DNA of 64,000 bases from an uncultured Poribacteria bacterium (GTDB taxonomy: Bacteria > Poribacteria > WGA-4E > WGA-3G). Shown piece by piece: positions 8,599-17,975 of this stretch; the stretch's first letter is position 1; the number at the start of each line of letters is the position of its first letter. The position numbers and the translations under genes were made by a program. The DNA lies in contig OX638351.1 in NCBI GenBank assembly GCA_951813565.1, positions 2,496,001 through 2,560,000 on the forward strand, read 5' to 3'. A model generated the notes under the pieces. The model worked only from the letters and a program-made list of their open reading frames with translations, was not told the DNA's origin and did no database searches.

Positions 8599-11034
8599 TC
8601 AATTAGCCTTTGTACCACGTCGTAACAGAAACGGATCGCTTTTAACAATTTCAGTAATCAAAACGGAACTTCTGTAATCGTTAGCCTCAAGCTCAGTGAC
8701 AATTCGGTCAACGGTTGGTTTGTCATAATATTCTAACCCTCTACCTAAAGCAAAGATAAGCATCTTTTCTGTTAAGCATCTGGCAAACTGCGTTTTTCTA
8801 TTTTTAAGAATCTGTTTTAAGTCTGTTATACCCTCAAACGAAGTCCCATCTGGTAATTGTCCGGCTGAATCAATATCTTGCTCTCCATCTTTCGTTCGGA
8901 ACTTGCCGATGGCGTTGTAGTTTTCCATTGCAAATCCGATAGGATCCATTTTGGCGTGACAGTTGGCACAAGCCGGATCATCGCGGTGTTGTTCAAGTCG
9001 TTCTCGCAATGTGGTTCCAGTAATAGCATCATGGTCTTCTTCCAATTCAGGGACATCTGGCGGTGGTGGTGGCGGCGGTGAGCCAAGTATCTGTTCTAAA
9101 ACCCAACGTCCTCTTTTCACAGGTGAGGTGCGGGTTGGATTGGAGGTTACCGTCAAGACGCTGGCTTGCGTCAGGATACCACCGCGTGCGGGATTTTTCA
9201 ATGGAACCCGCCGAAACGCGTCACCTTTAATTGGTTCTCCTTGTGCATCTCTCCAAATCTCATAATGTCCCCCTAAACGTTGATTGACAAACGTATAGTC
9301 TGCATCAAGCAGATTGAGGATACTCCGATCTTCACGAAAGATTGACTCCAAGAACAGTTCCGTTTCTTTCAACATCGCTGCGCGTAGTTTAGGATTGAAA
9401 GTTGGAAAACGTTTAGGATCAGGTGTGACGGTTTCCAATTGTTGGATTTGTAACCATTGTACACCGAAGTTGGTAGCCAATTCCCTTGCTTTTGGATCTG
9501 CCAGCATCCGCTTAACCTGTGCCTCAAGGTTTGCGGTCAGTAAATTTTTCTCCGCCAGTTCAAGGAGTTCATCATCAGGGATACTGCTCCATAAAAAGTA
9601 GGAAAGCCGCGAAGCGAGTTGAAACTCATCAATCGGACGTGGATCTTCGCTTTGTGGGCGGTCATCTAACTCCAATCGAAATAAGAACTTGGGTGAACAG
9701 AGGATGACTTTAATCGCCTGCTGAATACCTGCTTCCCATTTAGCACCGCCTGCTTGAACAGATTCCACAAACTGAACAAGCTGCTGCACTTCATTTTCAG
9801 TCGGGAGACGGCGATATGCCTTGCGAAGCAGTCGTGTTAGGACTTCACGAGTCTGCTCTGCTTGAGGAATGTCCGGTGTGCAGGCTAATATCTTGAGATG
9901 TGATTTAGGTCTGGTCTCCAACGGTCCTACCGACGTGATGGAACGAATTTGAAGTCTTGCTTGTAGTTCGCCATCTTCAGGTTTTACCATTGCAATTCCT
10001 GCAAATTCGATGTTCGCAATTCGGTTAACAAGGAACCTAATTGTTTGAAGTTTCTTTGGATCACGTGCAGTAATGTCAAATATCTTGAGGATCTTGATTC
10101 TGTTTCTTGTCGTAGGGTCATAACCGACTAACCGTGTAAGTTCATCTGGTGGGGATACATCTTTCAGATCATTGCCTTGAATGAATAGCGCGACCTGAAC
10201 AGGGGTTTCACTTTCTGTTTCAGCATAAAGCGTAGCACGGAAATATGTCTCTACATCGGATAAGAGTTTGAGTGGGACAGCATAAGTTTTAAATGGTCCT
10301 GATTTCCACGGTTCAGCTGCATTTGGATCAAGCAGACGGAAACGTCCATCAGGAACATCTTTGTGTCGCGGAATAAGATACTTTGTGTTTATATAGTTTG
10401 TGGACGGCTTCGGTGGATTTAATATAATAACACGTGTGGCAATTGCTTCTGCTGCTTGGAGATACCGCTCCATCAGCAGTGGTGACATCGTCAGTACATC
10501 ACCGATGTTATCAAATCCGTGTCCGACATCGTCTGCGGGAAAATTTTCAGTCGGATCAAAATCCGCCCACAACAAATCTCGAACGCTGTTTCTGTATTCA
10601 ATCCTGTTGAGTCTGCGAACAGTTATGCGCCCTGGATCCGGTTTTGCCGTGCGACTTGCGTCCTCAAAAATGGCATCAACGTGCTGAATAAAAGATTCCA
10701 CTTCCTCCATGAGAGGTTGCTCTTTCTCTGCTGGCGGCATTTGGCTTGTATCTAACATTTCTAAGACTCTTTCCCAAACATCGTGATTCTTGATCAACGA
10801 TAAGTTGTCTTTAAATGAGTCAAGCGCGAGACCCGCACTGGGTTCATCACCCGCATGGCAGCCGAAGCAGTACTGTTTTAAAAATGGTATACCTTCTTTT
10901 CCAAAGTCGGGAGTAATTTTTTCACCAGTACTGGGTGTCAGTGAAACAATCAACAGTAGCAAGATGAGAAAAAAGGGTAACGCTATGTATTTGAAACAGA
11001 TTACTGATTTCTTACGGAAAATGGTGTTTTTCAT
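8599..11034 (-). CDS. DUF1592/DUF1588/DUF1585 multi-domain protein with cytochrome c motifs
   Basis: CFGCH, RRLNRIEY, LASRLSYFLWSSIPD, TSPVKRG, CANCH. Confidence 0.92.
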   Translation of the reverse strand: MKNTIFRKKSVICFKYIALPFFLILLLLIVSLTPSTGEKITPDFGKEGIPFLKQYCFGCHAGDEPSAGLALDSFKDNLSLIKNHDVWERVLEMLDTSQMPPAEKEQPLMEEVESFIQHVDAIFEDASRTAKPDPGRITVRRLNRIEYRNSVRDLLWADFDPTENFPADDVGHGFDNIGDVLTMSPLLMERYLQAAEAIATRVIILNPPKPSTNYINTKYLIPRHKDVPDGRFRLLDPNAAEPWKSGPFKTYAVPLKLLSDVETYFRATLYAETESETPVQVALFIQGNDLKDVSPPDELTRLVGYDPTTRNRIKILKIFDITARDPKKLQTIRFLVNRIANIEFAGIAMVKPEDGELQARLQIRSITSVGPLETRPKSHLKILACTPDIPQAEQTREVLTRLLRKAYRRLPTENEVQQLVQFVESVQAGGAKWEAGIQQAIKVILCSPKFLFRLELDDRPQSEDPRPIDEFQLASRLSYFLWSSIPDDELLELAEKNLLTANLEAQVKRMLADPKARELATNFGVQWLQIQQLETVTPDPKRFPTFNPKLRAAMLKETELFLESIFREDRSILNLLDADYTFVNQRLGGHYEIWRDAQGEPIKGDAFRRVPLKNPARGGILTQASVLTVTSNPTRTSPVKRGRWVLEQILGSPPPPPPPDVPELEEDHDAITGTTLRERLEQHRDDPACANCHAKMDPIGFAMENYNAIGKFRTKDGEQDIDSAGQLPDGTSFEGITDLKQILKNRKTQFARCLTEKMLIFALGRGLEYYDKPTVDRIVTELEANDYRSSVLITEIVKSDPFLLRRGTKAN

Positions 11035-11105
11035 TTTTTTGAATCGTAGATGATATTGGATTATTTGTTTTGTCTTATGTGTTTAGATAATAGCTTATGT
11101 GTTTA

Positions 11106-11278
11106 CAATCTATCTCATAAATCGTGGGAGGATTCCTGAACCCGGTCTTTTTTTAAAGAGATGTTTACTTAAGCAAGAACGCGTTGGTAGTCGCGCAATT
11201 TATTGCGCCTCTTACATTAGTTTTTATGGTTTGAATTAGCGTAGTGAACTAACGAATTCCGATTTATGAGATGCACTC
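11106..11278. mobile_element. MITE inserted at TA
   Basis: Perfect 13-bp IR ATCTCATAAATCG (11112-11124)/CGATTTATGAGAT (11260-11272); TA on both flanks; internal REPs. Confidence 0.75.
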
Positions 11279-11290
11279 TAGATAATAGAC

Positions 11291-11342
11291 TGTAATGCCA
11301 TCGGAAATTTAGACAGTGGTATAAATTTCCAATGCCATTACA
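11291..11342. terminator. Long hairpin downstream of the 11383 gene (possible terminator)
   Basis: 21-bp IR with 2 mismatches TGTAATGCCATCGGAAATTTA/TAAATTTCCAATGCCATTACA; no U-tract in the expected direction. Confidence 0.35.
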
Positions 11343-11382
11343 ACCAAAAAAGCAGTTACCTTCTTATATTTCAATAATACTT

Positions 11383-12171
11383 TCAATTTTTAATCCTCCT
11401 TATCCCTCTAAGGGGCGTTTCACGAAATATTTTGTCATATTCAGCCCGAAGCCTATCCCTTTCAGGGCGTAATTCATCCAATGAAACACGAAGCATTTGC
11501 CGATACCCTTTCTCATTCTTAAACCTTGATACCTGATCCTCTAAGGATCCTGAATAAGAATGTTTCTCAACTTCGTTCATATATGTCTCAAGCTTTTCAC
11601 GACCGTTCGGATCGTTTTTAAAAACCTGATCCATTGCTTGCTCATACACATTAGAGGGTAATTTTCTAAGACTTCCGACTAAAATCGCCATTCCTGAATG
11701 ACTCGAGTTCATTAAAGCCTCTTCCATCTCGTTGCATGTATGAAGTACATCATTATATTCTTTTTTTGCCCCCTTTACACGTTTTCTCCAGAACTGCACA
11801 GCTTCAGGATAGGTCATACCTTTATAGATACCATCTTTAAACCGAAAAACTTCGCCATTAGCATCAGTGCCAACGGCAGCCGTTTCCGTTGTTTCAGTCA
11901 TGTTGTCACTCTCATTTATATTAACTGGATTGTTCGGTTCCACAGTTGTTTCCGTACCCTGTTCTAAATCCGAGATTCCAGCGTGTGTTCCATTATCAGC
12001 ATGAGAATGTTCATGGTCACGTTTTCCTTCCTCTTGTAATCTTTTCTCAGTTGCTTTTGCTTCCTCACGCATCTGCTTAAGTTCCATCTGGGCGGGAATA
12101 ATAAGCATAGAGAAACCTATAAGCAGAACAACTGCGAGAACACTAAATCCCAAGATCATTTTAGACCACAT
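11383..12171 (-). CDS. Hypothetical membrane-anchored helical protein
   Basis: N-terminal hydrophobic helix, His-rich/acidic linker, SD GGAG. Confidence 0.7.
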   Translation of the reverse strand: MWSKMILGFSVLAVVLLIGFSMLIIPAQMELKQMREEAKATEKRLQEEGKRDHEHSHADNGTHAGISDLEQGTETTVEPNNPVNINESDNMTETTETAAVGTDANGEVFRFKDGIYKGMTYPEAVQFWRKRVKGAKKEYNDVLHTCNEMEEALMNSSHSGMAILVGSLRKLPSNVYEQAMDQVFKNDPNGREKLETYMNEVEKHSYSGSLEDQVSRFKNEKGYRQMLRVSLDELRPERDRLRAEYDKIFRETPLRGIRRIKN

Positions 12172-12348
12172 AATATTCTCCTTTATAGAGTTATAGTTCT
12201 ATCTACATGCGATCGGCGCGCAGAGGGTAGCAGATATGCAATAGTTAAAAACAATTTTAGTGAGATTAAGAAACCCTGTCTTATCATATCTATTATTAAT
12301 TTGATGCAGTGCAGCACAGTTGGTTTTCACGATTCTTGCCCCATTATT

Positions 12349-12506
12349 TATAGTGGATTTTACAATAAACTGGACATCTGAGCTGTGAATCAACGCCAAT
12401 GCGCGTTTGGCGAGAGGGAACTCCGATTCCCGACTAACAATGGTTTCGTCGCGATTCGGAGATCGCTCCTACAGAATATATGAACTTATTTACATAATTT
12501 CCTATA
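12349..12506. repeat. MITE-like/REP composite
   Basis: TATAG...CTATA ends, inverted REP pair, truncated AATCAACG unit at 12388. Confidence 0.45.
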
Positions 12507-12642
12507 ACTAACATTCTGGAAACTTTTCGGGTCATTCTTTAGTTTTTCATATTTGCCATCTGTTAACCTTCAAATGTAATATTATAATACCATGAATGTC
12601 AAAGAAATGGTAGTTTTGTAATTCTCGCTCTTTTCCCATAAT

Positions 12643-13584
12643 TCAGCTGTCCTTTACAATCAAAAGTTCATGTGACTGCTTGACATGTCCTATTCCATTT
12701 TCAATCCGATTCTTACCGATACGGGTTTCGCCTTGTCCTAATGTGTACTGCCATTGCACCTCAAGAATCCTGAAGTCAGCGTACCACTGCCGAATAGTTT
12801 GGCAATCATTGTAAGAAAGGACGAAGCCTCCTTTGTGATTGTGAAGTAGGTCGCGCAGTAATTCGTGGTTAAAGCCTTTATGGTGGACAGGAAAATTCCG
12901 TTGCGGATAGATACCACGGAACATTTCTCCCTGATCAAGATAATAGGGAGGGTCGCAATACAGAAAGTCATCTGAATGGACTGGAAGAGTCTCCTCAAAT
13001 CTACCGGCATGAACGGCCAAGTTAGGACATCTGAAATTACGTACAGTCTGCAACGTCCGAATGTATCTCTCAGGAGATTCATAAATCTTTGACATCCAAC
13101 CGAGAAAACCGGGCCCATAAGATAGATTGTGATTAAACCAGTAATGCGCTGCCAATTCCAAAGGATCAGAAATGAATGTTTCGCTATTCCAGTGTGCTTT
13201 GAGGCGAGTCTTAACCTCTGCATATTGTGCTTTTGTAGGTTGCCACTGTTCAAGCTGTTCAGTAAGCGCACTGCCTAACGAAAGTTGGACCTGCCAATAG
13301 TTTACGAGAATATCAAAGATGTCATAAGCCCGAACCTGCATACCAAGTTCTTTGGCACATGCAATTTCAACTGCCCCGCCTCCCATGAACGGTGATACGA
13401 GTTTTTCTAACCCATCAGGAAGTTGCTCTACTATATGTCCAACTCCGAGACTTTTCCCGCCAGCATATCGTAGTGGGAGACCTCTATAACGTGCATATTT
13501 GTACTTACCTTGACTTCTGAGAGCATCTAAAAATAAAACTTTTAAGGATGCCCCAAAAAGATCAGAATCGGTTTGAACGATCAT
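12643..13584 (-). CDS. DNA adenine methyltransferase (Dam/D12 class)
   Basis: RYAGGKS, SPFMGGG, YCDPPY, LSYND; start uncertain because the longer ORF begins inside a REP. Confidence 0.88.
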   Translation of the reverse strand: MIVQTDSDLFGASLKVLFLDALRSQGKYKYARYRGLPLRYAGGKSLGVGHIVEQLPDGLEKLVSPFMGGGAVEIACAKELGMQVRAYDIFDILVNYWQVQLSLGSALTEQLEQWQPTKAQYAEVKTRLKAHWNSETFISDPLELAAHYWFNHNLSYGPGFLGWMSKIYESPERYIRTLQTVRNFRCPNLAVHAGRFEETLPVHSDDFLYCDPPYYLDQGEMFRGIYPQRNFPVHHKGFNHELLRDLLHNHKGGFVLSYNDCQTIRQWYADFRILEVQWQYTLGQGETRIGKNRIENGIGHVKQSHELLIVKDS

Positions 13585-13659
13585 AATATCTGAGTTGAAA
13601 TTATGAGAGAAGGTAAATTTGATACATTTGGTTCGGAGGGTTTCGAATTTACTATGTGA

Positions 13660-13691
13660 ATGTAAGAGGCGCAATGAATCGCGCGACTACA
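13660..13691 (-). repeat. REP (GTAGTCGCGC type)
   Basis: Reverse complement of the copies at ~6200, ~11188 and 45385. Confidence 0.75.
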
Positions 13692-13745
13692 AACGGCGTA
13701 ACTCCAAATATTGACCATTATTTCTTTGCTTCACTATAAAATAAC

Positions 13746-14086
13746 TTGAGTTGAGAATAAGCCGGATTCTGTATATGATGATCATTCATCTGGGATCAAT
13801 GTTGCCATTAACCTCAAGCGGTTACCCGGGACGAGGCGGGCACACCTCTAAATGTCCACATTTTACCTTGCTCCAGATGGGGTTTACCAGCTCCATAAGT
13901 CACCTCATGGACTGGTGCGCTTTTACCGCACCGTTTCACCTGTACAACGTTTTTACGCGTTGTAGTCTACTTTCTGTTGCACTTTCCATAGCGTTGCCGC
14001 TCCTGGGGGTTACCCAGCACCCTTGCCCTGCGGAGTCCGGACTTTCCTCATCCCGAATACGGGACGCGACCATCTACTCAACTCAA
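13746..14086 (-). ncRNA. rnpB: RNase P RNA
   Basis: Minus strand has GAGGAAAGTCCGGACTCC near 5' end and ACAGAATCCGGCTTA near 3' end; terminal P1 GAGTTGAG/CTCAACTC. Confidence 0.97.
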
Positions 14087-14172
14087 GCGCATCTTAAGGA
14101 TACCATATTTATGTAGGGTCGGCAATATGAATTTACAGGCATTTCAGAAGAATGCAATTTTCATGAACCCTT

Positions 14173-14376
14173 CTTGTGGAAGGGCTTTGTAAGCCCGATT
14201 GATTTGAGCTAATCCGCGCAAGACCGAGATTCAGAAAACAGCGGACGGCATACGGAGTATGCCTGCTACCATGTGTTGAGTTTCGCAAGCTCTACCCAAC
14301 CTACAAGTTTAGTCAAACACACATTAAAAATAATAGGACTTACGTGAACCCTTGTTTGGGTAGTGTAAGTCCTATT
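14173..14376. repeat. Cluster of REP-like palindromes and an AGGACTTAC inverted repeat
   Basis: GTGGAAGGGCTTTGTAAGCCCG; ACGGCATACGGAGTATGCC; AATAGGACTTAC...GTAAGTCCTATT (14332-14376). Confidence 0.6.
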
Positions 14377-14394
14377 GGTATCAAAATGAAAGGT

Positions 14395-17300
14395 TTATGA
14401 ACAGCCGCTTGTTGCGCCACAGTTGGTGCATCGGTAGCAAATACCGCTTCGTATCATAATTGTACCACACTCGTGACAGGGAGGTGCGTCTCCGTATCGG
14501 AGTGTAATCAGTTTCTCGCGATCTGCCCATGGATTTGCGTCCCCGTTATTTCCGTGTGCATGTAGATCGGTTTCTTCGGGTAATGCCAATTGGTCATCTA
14601 ACTCAAGAACATCCATGGTATCTTCTTGCACTTCTTTCGGGAGGAACTCTTTTCCAAGCCAGCGGAAAACATAGTCAACAATTGATTTTGCCATCGGAAT
14701 ATCTGGGTCTTGGGTGAAACCCGATGGGTCAAACCGGACATGGCTGAACTTATTGACGAGTGACTCTAACGGCACACCGTACTGCAAAGCAACAGAGATG
14801 AGGATGGCAATAGAGTCCATGAGTCCTGAGATGGTAGACCCTTGTTTACTCATGGTAAGGAAAACTTCACCCGGGGTGCCATCTTCAAAAAAACCGACAT
14901 GCATGTATCCTTCATGACCACCAACGCTGAATTTATGTGTTCTCGAGTCTCGGGTATCTGCGAGCCGTCTCCTAATAGGACGTTCGCTGGCTTCACCCTG
15001 TGCGTCCTGCTGGCTACTGGTTGAGAGCGGTTGACTACCTTTACTCCCATCACGATAAATAGCAAGACATTTCACACCGAGACGCCACGCTTCAACATAA
15101 AGTTCTTTAATATCGTCGACAGTTGCTTCACGCGGGACGTTGACTGTCTTGGAGATAGCACCTGAAATAAAAGGCTGCACAGCTGCCATTAATTTCAGCG
15201 GTCCCATGTGATGAATAAAACGAGTGCCGTGCTTACCAGATTGAACAGCACAATCGAAAACAGGATAATGTTTAGAAGACAGATGTGGCGCGCCTTCAAC
15301 AGTCCCTGTACCACAAATGATTTCCTCTGCGGTTGCTATTTCACTCGGATTGAATCCCATGTAGGTGAGCAGGTCAAAATCTGGAGACGCAGCTTTATCA
15401 ACATTTATCCCTAATCTTTCAAGGCATTCTTCTCCCAGAAAACCGGGTGCGAAAGCGAGATTCAGATCAAAAGCACTCGGCAACATTTCTTCAACACGCT
15501 CAATATCTTCCTCTCTGAATCCTTTATATTTGAGGGATTCAGGATTGATATATGGCGTGCCCTCAAGTGTTCCTGTTCCGACGATGTGCGTGACAATCGC
15601 TTCTATGTGTTGCGGTATGTAGCCAAGTTTTTCCAAAGCGTCGCGAACACTTTGGTTCACAATCTTGATATAACCACCACCCGCCAACTTTTTAAATTTG
15701 ACAAGGGCAAATTCAGGTTCAATTCCAGTTGTATCACAGTCCATTAGAAGCGCGATGGTTCCGGTTGGAGCGATAACACTGATTTGCGAATTTCGGTATC
15801 CCCAATCTTCGCCTTTCTGCAGGCAGATATCCCAATCTTCGCGCGCTGCCTCCAAGAGATCAGATGGGCAAGTCGTCGCATCAATTTTATATGCAGCATC
15901 TCGATGCATGCTGATAACGCCTAACATTGAATCCTGATTCTTAGCATAACCAGAAAAAGTTCCGATACTTTTAGCGATTTCAGCACTCGTTTGGTAACCT
16001 TGTCCACTTAGAATAGCCGTAATAGCACCTGCATAACTACAGGCTTCTGCACTATCATAAGGGATACCTAATCGCATCAGGAGTGCGCCTAAGTTAGCGA
16101 ATCCGAGTCCAAGTGGACGATATTCATGAGATCGTCTGGCTATTTTGGCAGTCGGGTACGAAGACAGACTGACAATGATTTCCATCGCGGTGATAAACAC
16201 ACGAACAGTTGCTCTGAACCCATCAATGTCAAAAGTGTCGTCATCATTGAGATACTTGACAAGATTTATGCTCGCGAGGTTACACGCAGAGTCATCTAAG
16301 AACAGATATTCGCTGCAAGGATTACTTGCGTAAATGCGATCAGATTGTTTACAGGTATGCCATTTTTGAATCGTATCATCAAATTGCACCCCGGGATCAG
16401 CACAAGCCCATGCTGCCTCTGCGATCTTTTCCATCAGTGTTTTCGCTTCATACTCCTCGGCAACTTCACCACTGGTGCGATAAGTTGTTTGCCAAGGTTT
16501 TCCTTGTAGGTAGGCATCCATGAAAATATCTGGAATCCGCACCGAATTATTACTGTTCTGTCCACTGACAGTGCCATAAGCTTCACCATTAAAGTCTGCA
16601 GGGTACCCAGCAGCAATGAGTGCCTTCGCCTTCTCTTCCTCTTTCATCTTCCAGTCAATATAGTCAACGATTTCGGGATGGTCCATATCTAAAATGACCA
16701 TCTTTGCGGCGCGGCGTGTTGTGCCACCAGACTTAATACTGCCTGCCCATCTGTCGAATCCTTCAAGAAATGAAAGCACACCAGAACTTTCACCGCCACT
16801 GGAGAGGTGTTCACCTTTTGCGCGGACCTTACTGAAATTAGAACCGGTTCCGCTTCCGTATTTAAAGAGTCTTACCTCAGCCTTTTGCAGATCAAGCATG
16901 GAATCTAAAGAGTCATCAACACTTTGGATAAAACATGCTGAGTTTTGTGGGTGTTGATAAGCGTTTTGAGTGATATTAACTTTTTGTGCTTCCCTATCCC
17001 AATGGTAATTGCCACCGGCGCCCTTAATCCCGTATTCGTGCCATAAACCGCAGTTAAACCAGACGGGAGAATTGAAAGCACCTCGCTGCGTGACAAGGAT
17101 ATGTGTTAACTCCATTTCAAAAGTTTCCGCGTCATCGGAGGTCGCAAAATAACCTCCAATTTCTTCACCTGCACGGCGAAGTGTACGTGCAACGCGGGTA
17201 ACCAATTGGCGAACGCTGTCCTCTGATTCTACATCAGGAACACCAGCTTTTCGGAAATATTTTGAGGCAGCAATATCCGTTGCGAGTTGGGTCCAGAAAG

Positions 17301-17502
17301 CAGGAACTTCAACTTGGTCCTGTTTAAAAATGACATTACCTTTCTCGCTGTAGATAGCGGCATCGCGGCGTTCCCATTCGATCTCATCAAATGGGTGTAC
17401 CGCCGATTTCGTAAAATGCCGACCAAAGGTAAGTCCGGTTCCATCCCCTTCCACTGGATGGTTCGCTGCTTCATCAATTTCTTTGATATTATCAGCAGCC
17501 AT
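14395..17502 (-). CDS. nrdJ: Vitamin B12-dependent (class II) ribonucleotide reductase
   Basis: FNSPVWFN, SACFI, SNPCSEY, IAPTGTI, GAISKTVN, C-terminal TSCPD-like domain and Zn ribbon. Confidence 0.95.
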   Translation of the reverse strand: MAADNIKEIDEAANHPVEGDGTGLTFGRHFTKSAVHPFDEIEWERRDAAIYSEKGNVIFKQDQVEVPAFWTQLATDIAASKYFRKAGVPDVESEDSVRQLVTRVARTLRRAGEEIGGYFATSDDAETFEMELTHILVTQRGAFNSPVWFNCGLWHEYGIKGAGGNYHWDREAQKVNITQNAYQHPQNSACFIQSVDDSLDSMLDLQKAEVRLFKYGSGTGSNFSKVRAKGEHLSSGGESSGVLSFLEGFDRWAGSIKSGGTTRRAAKMVILDMDHPEIVDYIDWKMKEEEKAKALIAAGYPADFNGEAYGTVSGQNSNNSVRIPDIFMDAYLQGKPWQTTYRTSGEVAEEYEAKTLMEKIAEAAWACADPGVQFDDTIQKWHTCKQSDRIYASNPCSEYLFLDDSACNLASINLVKYLNDDDTFDIDGFRATVRVFITAMEIIVSLSSYPTAKIARRSHEYRPLGLGFANLGALLMRLGIPYDSAEACSYAGAITAILSGQGYQTSAEIAKSIGTFSGYAKNQDSMLGVISMHRDAAYKIDATTCPSDLLEAAREDWDICLQKGEDWGYRNSQISVIAPTGTIALLMDCDTTGIEPEFALVKFKKLAGGGYIKIVNQSVRDALEKLGYIPQHIEAIVTHIVGTGTLEGTPYINPESLKYKGFREEDIERVEEMLPSAFDLNLAFAPGFLGEECLERLGINVDKAASPDFDLLTYMGFNPSEIATAEEIICGTGTVEGAPHLSSKHYPVFDCAVQSGKHGTRFIHHMGPLKLMAAVQPFISGAISKTVNVPREATVDDIKELYVEAWRLGVKCLAIYRDGSKGSQPLSTSSQQDAQGEASERPIRRRLADTRDSRTHKFSVGGHEGYMHVGFFEDGTPGEVFLTMSKQGSTISGLMDSIAILISVALQYGVPLESLVNKFSHVRFDPSGFTQDPDIPMAKSIVDYVFRWLGKEFLPKEVQEDTMDVLELDDQLALPEETDLHAHGNNGDANPWADREKLITLRYGDAPPCHECGTIMIRSGICYRCTNCGATSGCS

Positions 17503-17892
17503 ATTTTCACCCCCTAATTTACAGTTAAGAATTAAATCTTAACTGTTTCACAATTTTAATAGTTTGTAGTTTACCAAAGAATTTAAAATTTCGCAAGAAA
17601 AATAATATTATCAAACCTTAATTTCCTCAAAAAATTTGCTGAGGCGTCCATTTAAAACTTAACCTCTAACCAGAAGAAATTTACAAACAGTGCTATACCG
17701 AACGCTCACAATACTATATAAAATTATACACGGAAATGTGGTCAGCACCGTTCCTATTTCTTAACTTCAGTATGTAACGTTGGGTACAGAATATTTGGAA
17801 CAACATTGGGGCATGGAAAATTTATATTTTGCTGTGAATGCCTGCTATTTCTATGCAGACAGAACTATAGATTTTCAATACTCGTAACAAAA

Positions 17893-17921
17893 TTGACTTG
17901 AGGAGTTTGGTGTGGTATAAT
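17893..17921 (+). promoter_or_regulatory. Sigma70 promoter of argS
   Basis: TTGACT-17 nt-TATAAT with extended -10 TG. Confidence 0.75.
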
Positions 17922-17975
17922 TTCGGTTACTAAAATATGCTGATAAAATAATACACAAATGGAAATTTCGTGGAT

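Noticed and set aside
13751..14116. 121-aa ORF
   Set aside because: Antisense shadow of rnpB
14395..17502. Intein in NrdJ; NrdR boxes or cobalamin riboswitch upstream
   Set aside because: No splice motifs seen; only weak AT-rich matches upstream
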